A stretch of 64,000 nucleotides of DNA. Source: Moniliella sp. 'wahieum'. Taxonomy: Eukaryota. The stretch lies in contig RSEE01000024.1 of NCBI GenBank assembly GCA_003971905.1, positions 682,001-746,000 of the forward strand, in the 5' to 3' direction. Numbering within the stretch: position 1 is the stretch's first letter; every line of letters begins with the position of its first letter. Both the position numbers and the translations under genes were made by a program. Positions 44,440 through 58,200 of this stretch are shown one piece after another. The notes beneath the pieces were generated by a model. That model had not been told where the DNA came from. It did not search any database and was given only the letters and a program-made list of their open reading frames with translations.

Positions 44440-47300
44440 TTCCATCTTGCAATACTCCCCGCGCGACTCAAGCCACCTCCATCGCCCTCACCCACCACCC
44501 GCTACATCTCGTCCCACGATCGTCGGCGCAGCCAAGAAACACCACGAGTATCGGAATCAGCTGCCCTCTCTCGTTCTGCACCCCGCTGATATCACGTTAG
44601 GCACCGGATGCCTTCGAACCACCACCCCCGTCATCTTGGATCGCGGCGTCTGGGATCGCGGCGGTGGGTAAGTGAAAAGGCAACCTTGTAGGGAGCGGTT
44701 CGCATACATTCCACGCTGACTGGGCGCGGGGGGGGAATGAACGTACGAACAGAAGAAACACGCAGGGAACCTGGCGCCATCACTAAAGGCGCAAGTGCGA
44801 CTCAACCACCAGATGAACACGCCCCACAAGCAAGGCCAACCAAGACAAGTGGACGAATCGGACATGCTTCCCCCTGTCCGGTCCACCAGGGCTTGGTGCG
44901 CGTTCGGCTGAGCCTACCATGCTGGGTGTGTAATAGAGACGTGTGGCGTTGAAGTGCGTCCTGCGGCCGAACATACGCACGAGAGTTCGCTTGTAGCTCG
45001 GCCAACACTGAGTCATGGGCCGTAAGCAGGTCATCGCAGCGACACGGCCCATGGGTCCCTCGAAAACGGGACGAGCGATGACGACACTGTTGGCCCATGG
45101 CCGCTCACGGCGCGCTTCAAAAACGTACATGATGAAGGTGAGATCGAAGGATTTCTCTAACGAAGCCGAGATATGCTCGTACTTGAACTTCTACAGGGCA
45201 TCATCGTAACCCTTTGGAGAGGCGAACCCATTCAACCTCGGTTCGAGCACAGCCTTTGGCACCCATCCTACCTATACAGGCCGCGTAATATCGCCGGGCA
45301 CCACCCTCACCGACGTGACGGACAATAACTGCACCGGAGTGGACTTGGATGAAATCGACTTTGCCGCTTTGATTGCAACATTCAGACCAGAAAGACGTTG
45401 GGGCAGGTCTATCCGGGCGGGTCCAGCCCCTCTTTTCTTAGTACGTGCGGCCCTCGAGTGCGACCGCTTCGATGATTTTCTCCCCGCCCTCACTTAGAGT
45501 ATTTACCGCGGCACTGTCCCAGGCCGTACGTTCCTGCTGGCCTCCCGTCTTACCCCCCTGGAGAAGGCATCAGTAGGTATCCGCCCCATCGTCTGTGGAG
45601 AGCTGATCTACCGTATGTGCGCCAAAGGCATCGCTCGAGCGATCGCCCCCGACAGCTGGCTCTCCCCACTCCGCTGGGAGTAGCATCGCCAAAAGGAGTG
45701 GAGCCTAATGTACGGATGGTCGAGAGCATGACAACGACAGGTAGGGTGGACGACACTGGGCGATTTCAACCACGTCGCTGTGCTCGATTTTACTAGCGCT
45801 TTCAACACTGTGTGCCGTCGCACACTCACCAAAGCGCCCCACAGATTCGCCCCGTGTCCTTTCATTGGACCGATGGATCTATGGTACCCCCACACAGCTT
45901 TGGGTTGCGTCGGGTGGGAATGAGACAGGTGTTTTGTCGGAAGAGGGCATCCGGAAGGGCGATTCCCTCGCCCCCTTTTCTTCTACATTGCAGTGCGGCG
46001 CATGCTGGAGAAGTTGGAAAAGGAACTGCCACCGGGCACCTTGTGATAGCATACATGTACGACATTTTCGGACGAGATTCAGGCATTACCGCCAGAGCTA
46101 GGGGTGGATTGTCGTCGATCGTGGCTCCGGGACCAACTGGCGAGAGTCTGAGGAAGAACATGCCCAAGTTTGATGGCCTCATCTTTAGGGACGCGTCTTA
46201 CTATGGCGGTACACAGTATTCAGACGAACCCGCGTCACCTGCTCCGCACCATGCAGATGGAGGGTGAGCTGGACGATGTGCTGGCCGAGATTGATGCCTT
46301 CATGTGTACGGAGTTCAGGTGGATCCGGGGCGACGAGGACCCCAAGGTGCCAAGGACGATCACTTCCACATGCTCATGAGCTAACGCACGGGCTGCAGCC
46401 ACAACGAGGTCAACGACTATCTTATTACCACTTATGTTGCCCCATCGGGACCACACACGGCGACAGGGGGAACGCATCTAGGAAGCAAAACCAGCGCTGC
46501 CGGGAGATGTAGGAGAAGAGGCGGCAAGAGCTGCTCCAGAAGCTAAACCTTGCCGATGGTCCAATGTGGCCGAGCACAGCAACCCGTTGTGCCACACTTG
46601 GCTCCTCCATTCTATCAGCCCCGTGCCTCCGGCTCACCGACAAGCAGGTTGAGGTTGGTCTCCAGCTCCGCATACTGTGCCGCCATGCTGTGCCGCTCCA
46701 CGCGCAGCATGTGCAAGTGCAGCGTCATGTCCTCGCTGGAGCACGTCATGGCTTGCACCCGCACCCAGGCCAAGTTTGGGGCATTGCATCATGCAGTGCG
46801 GGAGCCCATTCTCTACCTCGTTCGCTCCATCCCCGACACCCACGTCCACAACGAGCCCACTGTGGTTATAGAACGAGGCGCGGGAGGAAGCCAGTGCGCA
46901 CTGACTGCCGCGCAATGGGGCCTGGAGCAATCGGAGGATCAGGAATGGCGGTGGACCATACGCTGCGCGACACGGGAACGCCGGAGGCGCAGACCGCGTA
47001 CCGGACAGTGATACATGAGAGCACCGCGACGCCTTTGGAACACTGGGAGAATGAGCTGCTTCGGCTGCTGGAGCAAGCAGAATGCGACAAGAACGCCAAG
47101 TACCATCAGGGACGCACCCAAGAACCGTTTCCCCCCTGGTTTTGACGACGCGAGGATAGTACTACGGCACCAAGACAACGGGCAAGATGGTTGCGCACTG
47201 GAAGGATTTGACTACTGACTCCCAAAGGAAATGGTTCCTTGCTCGGATGCCTATCACGTTCATCCGTGCCCACACACGCTACTTCGGGTATGGGAACGGA
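44440..47300 (+). mobile_element. Decayed CRE/Cnl1-clade non-LTR retrotransposon (RT, CCHC knuckle, restriction-like endonuclease)
   Basis: RT motifs are LLASRLTPLEK..GIRPIVCGELIYR (about 45535-45615), LGVASPKGVEP, LDFTSAFNTV, GIRKGDSLAP and IAYMYDI (YxDD decayed). These are followed by CKC..LEHVMAC, HHAVR, NEP, RTD and KNAKY. Stops and frameshifts are present and the ends are approximate. Confidence 0.85.
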
Positions 47301-47939
47301 TGGCGGGCACCAGAGGGTCCTGATATCCTGGCGATCCCCCTGGTTCCTTAACAGGGGTGGCGCTACCAAGCAGCACACGCAAAATGAACGGGTCGGTTTA
47401 GGCGTAGCGTTTCCCCTGTCCCAGCCTTAATCCCTGTCAATGATATGGATGCAGAGTAGAGACTATACTCATCACCATTGATGCATACAATGATGGTGTA
47501 CACACCCAGTCTACAACTGTTTTTGACGACTCTTCGTGTGAACACGGTACATATGGACACTGCCAATGTGGTTGTCCTCACTGATATTGCTCCAATCGAG
47601 CAGTGGCCCCACGTTGCCCCTGGGTGCAACGGGTGCGTCTTTGGTTGTTCTTCCCGTGCTTCTTATACATCTGTTGCCTTTATAGTAGAAAACTGAGTAG
47701 TATGGCCGTGGCAAACATACCGTCGCATTGTCCAACGAAACTAATCATATCACAACAGTGTGAGCCTCCCACAGTGTGCCAGTTATAGGCGGCAGAGGGG
47801 CAGGATCGAGGAAGTGAGATCTGGGAGAGGTAACATGTAGCAGTGGGAGACGTTCCCTCCCTTAAGATGGGCTTGTGAGAGGAGGTTAACAACAAAGCGG
47901 TGTAATAGTTGAGAGACACCAAGGAACCAAGCGAGGGAG

Positions 47940-48938
47940 CTAGTGATGAGACGCAAATACTTGCGCCACTGTCTCGTCCAGGCCGATCGCGCGGTCGCCC
48001 AGCAAAGCCAGAAAACGGGAATTGTCCACCGTGGTGAGATCTTTGGCGTCCAAGTCGGGCAAGGACTGCCAGCTAGCAGCCAGCGGCGCGTCGGGCACCG
48101 CCTTGAGCACCGCCTGGACCAGACTTCGCAACGTATAGATCGAGTGGTACGCCAAGATTCGTTCGTTGTTCACGTCGGGGTTGATGAGCGCCTCGACGTG
48201 CAGCTGCGCCACGTTGGTCACATTGACGAAGAATTGCGAGAAACCAAACATGCCGAGAAAGCTCGGGTCGCCCTGCGCCAATTGTGGCACCACACCATTG
48301 GTACTGTTGGTCGATGCGCCAGCCAACTCACCGCCCAGAGTCAAATTGGGGTTGACGGTGCACACGCCGATTTGGGGGTTGGCACGCTGGAACGCCAACA
48401 CGGCTTTTTCCGCCTCGTACTTGCTCGCCGTGTAGATGTTGAGCGGAGTGGGCTGAGTCTTGGCCATCTCCAACCCGGCATCGTTCCATGTCGCCGGGGT
48501 GAGGTGGTGCGAAACTTCCCTGTCCCAGTGGGCGACAGCAACACAACTGGACGTGACCACCACGCGACGTACGTTGGCCTGTTTGCTAGCGTCCAACAGA
48601 CCTTGCGCGCCCGCCACGGAGCACGTGACCACGTCCCACCCAGTCCCAAGCGACATGTTGGACGCGATGTGCGCCACGCCCTGCACGCCTTGCACTACCG
48701 ACGCATACGCCCCCTCGGCGGCCATGTCCGGTACCACCACCTCCAGCCGGTCCGACCCGAGCGGCGCAAAGCCCTTGCGGAACGCATCGGCTTTAGCGTC
48801 TGTGCGCACCGCAGCACGCACGTTCAGCCCCGCTTTCAGCGCTTGGTCCACCACGTGCGAACCGACAAACCCACTGGCGCCTGTGACCAGCACCCACTCG
48901 CCCGGACGAAGTGCAGCAGAAGAAGAGGTCATGTTCAA
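47940..48938 (-). CDS. NAD(P)-dependent epimerase/dehydratase family, aldehyde reductase II / Gre2-like
   Basis: Intact 332-aa frame with VLVTGASGFVGSHVV, GVAHIAS, VVTSS and catalytic YTASK. Confidence 0.93.
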   Translation of the reverse strand: MNMTSSSAALRPGEWVLVTGASGFVGSHVVDQALKAGLNVRAAVRTDAKADAFRKGFAPLGSDRLEVVVPDMAAEGAYASVVQGVQGVAHIASNMSLGTGWDVVTCSVAGAQGLLDASKQANVRRVVVTSSCVAVAHWDREVSHHLTPATWNDAGLEMAKTQPTPLNIYTASKYEAEKAVLAFQRANPQIGVCTVNPNLTLGGELAGASTNSTNGVVPQLAQGDPSFLGMFGFSQFFVNVTNVAQLHVEALINPDVNNERILAYHSIYTLRSLVQAVLKAVPDAPLAASWQSLPDLDAKDLTTVDNSRFLALLGDRAIGLDETVAQVFASHH

Positions 48939-49123
48939 TGTATGTATGGGTGTAAGGGTGGGGTGGGATGCGGAGGGGAGGAAGAAGCGTAGATGAAGAA
49001 AGGAGTAGGGCAGCCAAGACGAACCAGCTCGTCTTTTATTTCTTCGGGAGTGGCTCTATCAAAGGGTAGTGTTGCATGATGGAGTTGCGCCTTGGGTCTC
49101 GCTGAGGTTCGGACATTTGACAT

Positions 49124-49609
49124 TGTTACGGGGCGCTCCGGTTATCTCCGGACGCTGAGCCCCGCATTCGTAGCAATCTCAGCCCAACACGCGTCAGTTA
49201 GGTTACACTAGCGAGAGAGAGCCAGTCAACACCTTATCCTTGCTGCGGATATCATCCGCGGCCCGCCATGGTCGCATGGGCTTATGCATGGGTACGATGA
49301 TTTGTGCCCATTGCGTCCAGTCTTGTCAGAATCCTTCCTGCTGCGCCCGACTACGCAGCGTCAGCGCCTTGGGGAGCAAGGACTGTGCTTACTAGTCTTT
49401 ACCTCTCTGGGAAGTGCCCCTCATTCTTCTGTCTACTATACCTGTCATGCAGAGGCACTTGAGGCCTGGTTCCTTCTGCTGTATATAAGCAGCCATGTCT
49501 ATAAGGCTTGCTACTTAGCTGTGGTCCTTGTCGACCATCTTGTCTCCTCCCTTTGGTCTCCCCGACTACCAGTTCCTCTCTCGCCCTTCCACCTTCTACC
49601 ACCCTTACA
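49124..49609 (+). mobile_element. Possible LTR remnant
   Basis: Starts TGTTACG, has an internal TATATAA near 49482 and a pyrimidine-rich tail, and may end at CCCTTACA. No second copy or TSD was found. Confidence 0.3.
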
Positions 49610-49817
49610 CTTACGAATTTACGACTTACGTCGAGTGCACTGCAAGCCGCGGTTACTCTCATCAGTAGCGCTTACTCTTCTTCAGGACGATCCAACTTAT
49701 GGATCCGGAAGACGGGGGGAAGGAAGATCAGTAGAGAGAGAGAGGAAGGGAAAGTCTGCCTCCTGACAAGTGAGCAGGCAGTTGATGGTGTATTGCATTG
49801 CACAGGAGCTACAGAGA

Positions 49818-52515
49818 CTAGAGAATATTCCTGCCCGCCAGGAAGGAGTATTGCAAAGAACTATGAATCCCAAGGTTCCGGGCGTGGGCTACCGGCGCCA
49901 CTATACACCAGTGCGGCGTTAAGTCGCGGTCACGCAGCGGCTCCAAGACCTTGCATCCCTGGCAGGCTCTTGGTGTGGAGGTCGGAGACGTTGTCCACAC
50001 CAGTTTGATGGACACAGGCGCGACAATACCCGCTCGGTTGCTCTCACGTATATAGTGGTAGGAGCGAGTTGCCGGCGGCAGCACACTCTCCCAGACCCCC
50101 TGGTCTTCCAGGTTCTTCACCTCGTGTCCTGGAACGCCTGCTTCCACTCGCTTGCATCCGCACCTCGTCATGCCTCATGTTCGTTGCGGGCATCCACCCA
50201 CAGAGGGGGAACATCCCTACAATTGTCCCCACCATTTCCCGCCGTGGCCGCGGCAGAATTAACCAGACTGACGTGACGAGGCCGTCGACGCCAAGTTCGT
50301 GTCGTTGCTGCGAGAAGGACTCGGCACGCCTCACCAGGCACAGTCCTCGGTCTTGTGCGTCTTGGGCCCGTATTTGCCGCTTGCCGTGCGCGCAGGAATG
50401 AATTTGATACGTTCCGTCAGATCCTCCCACGTCACGCCATCGATTTCAGCTTTCCACGGGAGAGTGACAGGTAAGACGCCTTTTCCTAGACCGTTGATCA
50501 GGAACATGTTGCGAAGGGAGGAAGGTCTGCGCCTGCATAAATCTCGTAGGGCCGCGCCACGCGTCAAACAGTCGAATGTACTCCGCACCACTTTTGTCAC
50601 CACGCATAGGGGTAGGGTCGTTACGAAGAAGCGTCCATGGATCCTGAGAAGTGCGTGTCCGCTTGAAATAGCTCCATATCGCGGACGCCAATAGAGGTCC
50701 GGAGATACCGTCTTTCAGGGCCCGACGAGGGCACGTGGGTCCGTCCCTGTCCAACGTGGTGACCAGGAACTGCCCCAGGTCAAGGTCATGCTCATAATCG
50801 TATCCAGTCTGAGAGCTTGCATTGTCCAACAGGAGCACATTCGTCTTGATTTCGTTATCCAGGCTTCGCTCTACAGCTCCAAAAAAGTCTTGCATATACG
50901 ACGACCACGAACGATAGGATGCAGCTTTTGCTGTGAGCTTGGGCAGATTTGACCAGCCACCACTGTGCTTCAAAGCAGTTTCAATCGCGGCGTTGACCGT
51001 AGGAAGCGACTTTTGAGGTACGGCAGAAGCCAATGGTGTCACGATACCGAGGTGCACCGCTCTCTTCCTAGCCGCCACAATCAGACCCATCACCATATTG
51101 CCGGGCACAACAGTGCGCGCCAAGGCAATGATATCGTTCATCTCTGGGGGAGAATGCGTGACATTGGGCCAAGTTCTCAACATGTCGGCCCCATCCCGAT
51201 GTAGTGGTGACGCGGCCTGGTGCGCCTGGTCCTACAACGGCAGTTCCGCCGCCAATAACTGTGGCTGATCCATCCGACTCGGTGTCAGACTCCGGTTGGG
51301 AGGTAGGAACAGCAGCGGATGTGCCGTGATAGGCAGCATCCGAACGGAGTGAGGGGAGACGGTTCGGGTCCGGCAAAAGCACGGAGGCGCCGCTTTGCGT
51401 GGCGCTCGGCGAGGGTGCGGCGTTAGTTCTCATAGTAGCGTTGCCCGGCAAGGAGATTTCCTGCTCTTGGTGCATGCGGCGTGGTGGTAAATAGCCGCTT
51501 GGGTTGATGTGACCTGATCTTTGAGAACGAGTGTTCATAGACCGGCGCTGAGACGGAAAGAAACTGGGCTGTGCCTGAGGGGCGCGGCCTGAGCGCGGGG
51601 TCGCGAGCGTGCGGCTTCTGTTGTTCCGTCTTTTGCGGCGGTGGCGGGTGGACCGGGTGGAAACCGGGGTGGCAGCCGGAGCCTGAGCGGCTTCGCGCGC
51701 GGCAGCGGGGATGAGACGGTGCAAGATGTTGTACCACTCGTCCCAGCCGTAGGTCTGGGCTTCGACGAGTCGGATTCTGAATTGGTTGGGTATGCAAGCG
51801 ATCGCCTGCTCCATGAGGGTGCGTCATATGCCGGCGCGCCGCCGAGGGTCTCGCGATTCTTGTAGACCTCGGCCGGAAGCAGAACAAGGGACGTCAGGTT
51901 CCGGTAGTGCTGACCTCCGAGGATGCTGGCCTTGAGTTCTCTGCGACGCTGGGGAAGGTCAGGGAAGGTCAGCGCTCTCTTCCAGTGCGACGACGTATTG
52001 GGGCCAGGAGTCGGAACCTTGACACGAGATGAGGGCTACCTGGGCCCACGGTATCGACCCGGGCACCAACGTGGCACCGTAGTGACACACTCGGCTCGAA
52101 TTCATGTCCAGGCCTCTGTCCGTACAGAAACGCTCGAAGTTGAGCAGCCAACGGGGAAGATCCAAGGGTTCGGATGGAATTTCTTGCCGAAATTCTGTAG
52201 GCCCGAATTGCGCCTCGTTGGATCCTGAGGTCTGGGCGATACCCGGGGTGGTAGACGGAGGTCCGGCTGAGCCAGCGACGGCGCCAGTCACGGTGGCATG
52301 TCGAAGCGCGCGCAAGAGCATTAGTACTCGTGGCTAAAGGATGCCAGGAGCGTCGCTAGGAAGATCGTACTCGAGTAGCGGCTTCTGCGAGAGCTTGGCA
52401 ACGAGAGCATCCTTGCTGAGATCGGCCGCGGACGGCATGCCGGCAGCCGTGGCGATGGAACGTAGGGGCTCTACGTTGCAGGCGTGCCAGTAATAATGCT
52501 CGGACACGGACATCC
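49818..52515 (-). mobile_element. Degenerate LTR-retrotransposon gag-like relic with a copia RT-start fragment
   Basis: Consecutive broken ORFs read LPRWLLNFERFC (gag capsid-like), LPKLTAKAASYRSWSSYMQDFF (copia gag N-terminus-like), HKTEDC (knuckle remnant) and EVKNLEDQGVWESVLPP (copia RT start-like). Confidence 0.55.
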
Positions 52516-52913
52516 TGTGAGGGTAGCGGGAAGGCATGGGGAGCGACAGGAATAAGGAGCGGGAGCGAGAGGAATATTCGTTCCACCCAGTAGCTCTTGC
52601 GTCGTCGACTTGACACGAGCAGCACACTCGGCTGTGCAAGTACTAGCGAGCAGCAGACCAGACGATCAGAGCGGTCAGGAGGTATTGAGTGGAGCGAAGA
52701 GGATGGGGGTGGTCGCGAAGGACAGGAATGGGAGGCTGCGGGTTGCCCGCTGCGCCCCAGTGCCCTGAGGCGCACTGCGTCAGCCTGGGCACGCTATCTA
52801 TCCACGTAACTGTAAGATCACCGATCATTCGATCATACATCATGATTAAATTGATCGGCTGGATCGTCGGGTAGGGTTGCCTGGATTTGAAAGTGGCAAC
52901 TGGCGGTTGTGGA

Positions 52914-54545
52914 ATGCCATCCCACAGCATGCCGCTGTCCCTCGCTGAGCTGGATTCGGGCCTTGTGCGGCGCACCTTCTTCAGCTCGCCTCCTCTCCCA
53001 TCTTCGACCCCCCACCCACCCATCGTGGACAGCCCCGACGACGCAGGGCACGCGCAGGAGGATTGGAAGGACGTGTTTCGTGTGCTGACAACGTCTGGGG
53101 CCTGCCCGAGCCGCTCCCAAGCAGAAGCAGCGGCGTCTCGACGCCATCGCTCAGCGCCTCGTGACCAGCACGCCGGCGTATGACCTGGTTGCACTCGAGG
53201 AGCTGCGGGTGTCGCACGTCGACTACATTGCGCTGCAGCGTACCCTCGCCCCCCCGTTTCCCATGGTGCAAGTTCTTGTACGGCGGCGCCTTTGGCATGG
53301 GCCTCGCCCTCTTCTCCCGCTTCCCCATTGTCCGCACCAAGTCTATCTCGTACGACTACAACGGGCTCCCTGTCGCCGTGGGCGAGGGCGACTGGATCGT
53401 TGGAAAGGGCGTGGATGTCGCTACGATTGATGTGCCTGCCCTGCCCCGCGGGCTGGATGTGTTCCTCACCCACACTGTAGCTGCCGGTGGCGAACAGGGG
53501 CCCGAGTGGACACGCTGTCCACGCATCACCCAAACTTGGCAACTGGCCCAATGGGCGCGCGACAGCGCCAACAAGTCCGCCATGTCTTGCTCGTACGCCC
53601 CCCTCCACCTCACTTTTATCCCCTACGCTAACGTTGTCTTGCCTTGCCAGATGGGCGACTTTAATTGCACCCCGGCCTCGCTGTCTGCCCGCCGCTGCGC
53701 GACGTTGGGGGCTGACTGACGTCTACCTCGCCACCCACCCTGACATGGGCGAGATACAAATGGCTCTTGCCGCCGCGCGTGACGAAGAGGGAGAGGGCGG
53801 TCACGAGGGAAAGGACGGTAGGGACGCCGCCTTGCCCGATCCTCATCGTGGTATCGCCGAGCTAGGCATAACGTGTCACTCGCCGCTCAACAGTTGGACA
53901 GCAGGCAAGAAGCTCGATGGAAACGCGCTCCGCGGTGCAGGAAAAGTCTGGATTACATCTACTAACTCCTCCTCGTTTCGTCGACGACGTATGAACCCCC
54001 GCCCTTTCCGCTCCGACCTCAACCTCCACTTTGCCTCAAGCAGCGAGGGGAGAGATGACCCCACTTTCTTGCCATGTTGCCTTTACCAACTCATCCCGCA
54101 GCACAACATCAGCTACTCTGACCATGTCGGCCTGGGGCGACCTTCCTCCTCGCTCACCCCTCCTATCCCCCTCCGGCCACCGCACCCCTGGTCGTACCTA
54201 GGGACCCAGAGCAGGGCATGACGTAGACCTGTCAGAGGGAAAAAGGGCCCGCGCGGTCGAGTGCCTTCACGCGGCTGTCTCCGCGTTGGTCCAAGGGCAA
54301 GCACAAGCGGAGGGTTCTGGCTTGGGTGTTTCTCAATACAGTGGTGTTGGCGGTGGTGGCCCTGTGTATTGGTGCGGGGTTCCAGCCGCCGGGGGGGTGG
54401 GCGCTGTGTTTGCTTTTTTCTCTGTTGTTGCCGGGTTTGGCGGGATGACAATGTTATACGCTGGGCTCATCTGGGGCCAGTGGGAAAAACGTGGGTGCAC
54501 TCTCTACGCAGTCGATGTCTATGCACAACAGAGCCCACTGACGAA
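52914..54545 (+). CDS. ISC1: Inositol phosphosphingolipid phospholipase C / neutral sphingomyelinase, with frameshifts
   Basis: Reads across frames FRVLT.NVWGL, YDLVALEEL, GLALFSRFPI, GDWIVGKG, RITQTWQLA, GDFN and YSDHVGL, with a C-terminal TM segment ending GLIWGQWE. The ends are approximate. Confidence 0.85.
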
Positions 54546-55251
54546 CTTGTGTTCTTTTGTCTCTTGTGTTCTCCCTTTCTCCTACAGGTATGCACCACAC
54601 CATGCGCGAATCCATGCAGGAGGAACTGCGATGCCTCCATCACCTCTCCACCCGCACATCTACCGTACCTCCCATTATCACTCCTGCCGTACCTGCTCGC
54701 ACCAATCCCGCCTTCACCCCTGCCCTGTAACCGGGAACGTCCGCTTTTTTCTCCTCAGCTCACTTCTTCCGCTCAAACTCTTTTGCCCTGCATTCTGCAT
54801 ACCAATGATCCATCCCCCACTTTCCTCCTCGGCCTCATCTAACCCCACACTAATTCCAAAATCCCCCCGTCGGCATAACCGATTTCTTTATGTTTTTGTT
54901 CTTTGTGTGCCAGTACCTCAGTTCTTTTCATGTTTGCTGACTTGCCCCCGAGAAAAATAAAAAAAGCTGATTTACCTCGAGTGAATGCAAACAGGTGTCA
55001 CGGAGCTACCTGGCAATACGAGTAGTAGGGTAGAGAGAAAGCGACCGAGAAGAAAATGGGGCCGAATCACCTTGGGGATGCGAATGAGCGTGGCAGACAT
55101 AATCGATAATCTCTGGGCCATACAAGTCCGCCCGGCCCTCAATTCCGCCCACGGCGTGGAGCGGTTATGTTCAACTGGCAGCCGGGACCGCTTGCTCGCC
55201 TTCTTGCCTTGCTGCCTCTCTGCACCGCGCGTGGACGGCCAGGCGGATTCG

Positions 55252-58200
55252 ATGTCGTTCGCGCGGCTGCCTGTTGAAGTTGTCTGGCAAGTGGCCGACA
55301 CGCCGCAGCTGGAGCCGTGCGATGTGGTCGGCTGGCATCGACGTGCAAGCGTATGTGTTGCTGCTGCTCCCGCTGTCCTGCGCCACAGACTGACCCTCGC
55401 GCCTTTCGCTTGCGCTCTGCCCCGCAGGGCTGCACGCGTGTCTCTCGGGGAACGACACGCTTTGGCGCCGCATCGCCTGCCGGCTGCTGCGCCTGCCCTT
55501 GTCGCCTCTGCTCCCGCTCCAAGACGCGACCTACGCCTGCGGCCTGGACACTGTTCCTCGCACATGGCAGGCACTGGTCATTGCCAACGAACTCCTCCAC
55601 GCCCCCTTTGGATGGAGTTTGTCTGGCACACCTCTCCGGCTTCCGCCTCCTTCTCCTCTCCTTCCCCGCACAGATGGACCCCACACAACCCTGCCAACTC
55701 CTTTGTTCTCCGCCCGCTCGTCAATCCGGTTGTGTTCGACGAGTGTGATGGTGAGGCGCCGGCCAAAAAGGGGATCAATATCGAGGTCCAGCCGCAGAGC
55801 AAGTACGGCGGGTTGAGCTTTCGCAGTACCCGGATAACGTTCGACGAAGACGATGAGCTGATGTTATATTGGGACGAGTCGCACAAGAATGTGTTGTATG
55901 CCTATGCCGCACCGGAAGATTGGGACTTTTTGGGGGGCGATGTGGTCTCTGATGGTCCGTTGCTGAGCGTTTGGCGTCGGGGTACGTTGCTGTTTTGGTT
56001 GTCGTTGCGGTGGCTCCTGCTTGTTCATATTTCTCGTTCTTGTTCCTCCCCTCTTCTTGATCTCATGCCTGACCTTTCGCCACAGACAATCCTGAGAGCA
56101 ATACCAACATATCTGTCGTCGTTCACCATGGTGGTTCGGACTTGAAAGCCCAGGACGATGCGCACTGCGTTGCGACCGATGATGAATATTTCTCACCAAA
56201 GCTCAAGACCACCATCTTGGACATTCCCGGTGGGTTACTTTACCAGAAGTTCTTCTTATTGGGAATCCGATTCGCCCTGGTAGGAAATGACTGCTTGGTA
56301 GCTTGGTACGTCTTGTGCTCGCATGCGTGATGAAGGGAACCAGGATGATGGCAGTGGTCTGGTTTTGGTCTCTCTTTGTGGTGGTTCTAACGCGGTCTTC
56401 TTTGGTTGCCCGCCTTCCGCCGCCTACCTCCCCCCCTCCCCAAGTGGTCCGGCGGTTGATTACTATCATATGCCTGGAAAACAAATGGTTTCCATGTTCA
56501 ATCTAACCACAGGCCAGGCCGTCGACTCACTTGCGCCTTTGGGTCTTACGCCCCGGCTCTTTTTCCACGATATGATCAGCGATCCGAGCGACCCTACGAT
56601 TAAGTGGACAGGATCATCCGACATGGTTGCTCAAGATGCTAAGTCGGGCAAGGTCTTGTTCTCGCTGAACCAATTGCTCTTCGATCCTTCCCAGTATCAT
56701 CTCGATTCCCAGCGCAGCCGGATGCTCAGTTGGCAACCCGCGGTGGATTTGAGCCAACCACCGCGGCCGAGAAGAACAAAACCGGTATGCACCCTCTGGG
56801 TTTTGTTGGCCGGGGGAAACTGTTGCTCGGCGGTTGGGGGAGCGGGATGACAAGTGACTAACCCTCTTTTTCCTGCTTGTCTCTTTTGTTTTGCCAGGGG
56901 AGGAATCGTGCGTTCAACGGCGTTAAGAAGGCGGGGATGACGAATCATAATTGGTTTCGGGTGGATTCGTGTGTGACGTCAAGTCTTCCCCGAAACGGAG
57001 ACACTCGTGTTTTCTTTGTCAGCAAGACCCTGTTGGAGGACGAAGACACCGAGGATGAGGAGTTTATCAAGGGCCACGTGCGTTATAAATTTCCTACAAA
57101 CTCTACCTTGGTGTCCTCAAGGGCTACAAGCATGCCTTTACTGGCCGTGTCCACCGCCACCCGGCTTGGTTCGCCATCCTTGATTGCCGCACGCCCGACC
57201 GCCTGGTCCCCCGGCCAAGAGATTGGCCCAGGCTGCGCCCGTGGATGCAAGATGGCCGCGCCATGATTCCAAGCATGTTGCATCTCCAAGCCTACCACTC
57301 CCTTCTTCTCGGCCCCCGACCGACGACCAGGCTTTGGCGCCTTGCCAGGGTGTAGGTCCCTTTGATATTGAGGATACGGCAAAGCATGACTACCAATTCG
57401 GGGTGTTGTTGATCAATGTGCTGGATTGGACCCATGCGCGGCAGCCCGAGGAAATCACCTGCACTACCTTACCCTTTCGCCCGTTTACTGTGTTGCCCAA
57501 TGGGGAACCCCATGTAATCCAACGGTGGATTGACCCGGGCTTGTACGCCTTTTCTTGCGTTCACGACCTAGAACAGATTCAATGGGACCACTGCGCCTTG
57601 ACCCCGACAGGCGTACTTGTTTCCTTGCAGCCCATGAAACATGTTTTCTATCGCTGCATCCAGTCCATGAAGGGAGGGATGGAATGGGGAGCCTTGACGC
57701 CGTCTCCTTCGACTCGGAAGATGAGGAGTGGGCTTGGGCCAAGTACTCTGTGTTGGACTATGATGGAGATACCGGCTACGCGTTCCACTGGGACTGGAGC
57801 ACCGCTGCCCAACGGTACCTCGCAACTCACTAAGCTCCATCCAACGTACAACAACATGTGCCCACCACAACACGACTCTTCCCTGCCACGGCTCCCTGGG
57901 GCAAGGGGGCGATGGACGGCTCCTGGTCAGCCTGTGATCAGATGGCGTCCGTCGAACGGACGGAGGGGATGGTGCTGCCCAACCTGGATGCCAAGCTGCC
58001 AGGGGTTACGGTCTTGGTCAATCTTAGTGGTCCCCCCCAATGGATTCCTTGGCTGGTTCTGTGTTCCACGATGTATAGTTTTGGTAGACGCACGGGCTAT
58101 AGTAATGGTAGAGCCCTTACTAGGACGGGCTGCAGCCTGCTGTAAAAATGTCGGATATATGGCGTTTCTCTATGAAACCGGAGGGTGGGTAGGAGTACCA

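Noticed and set aside
11247..54545. Sphingolipid gene cluster (LCB2 plus ISC1)
   Set aside because: The genes are about 39 kb apart with many unrelated genes between, so chance proximity is likely.
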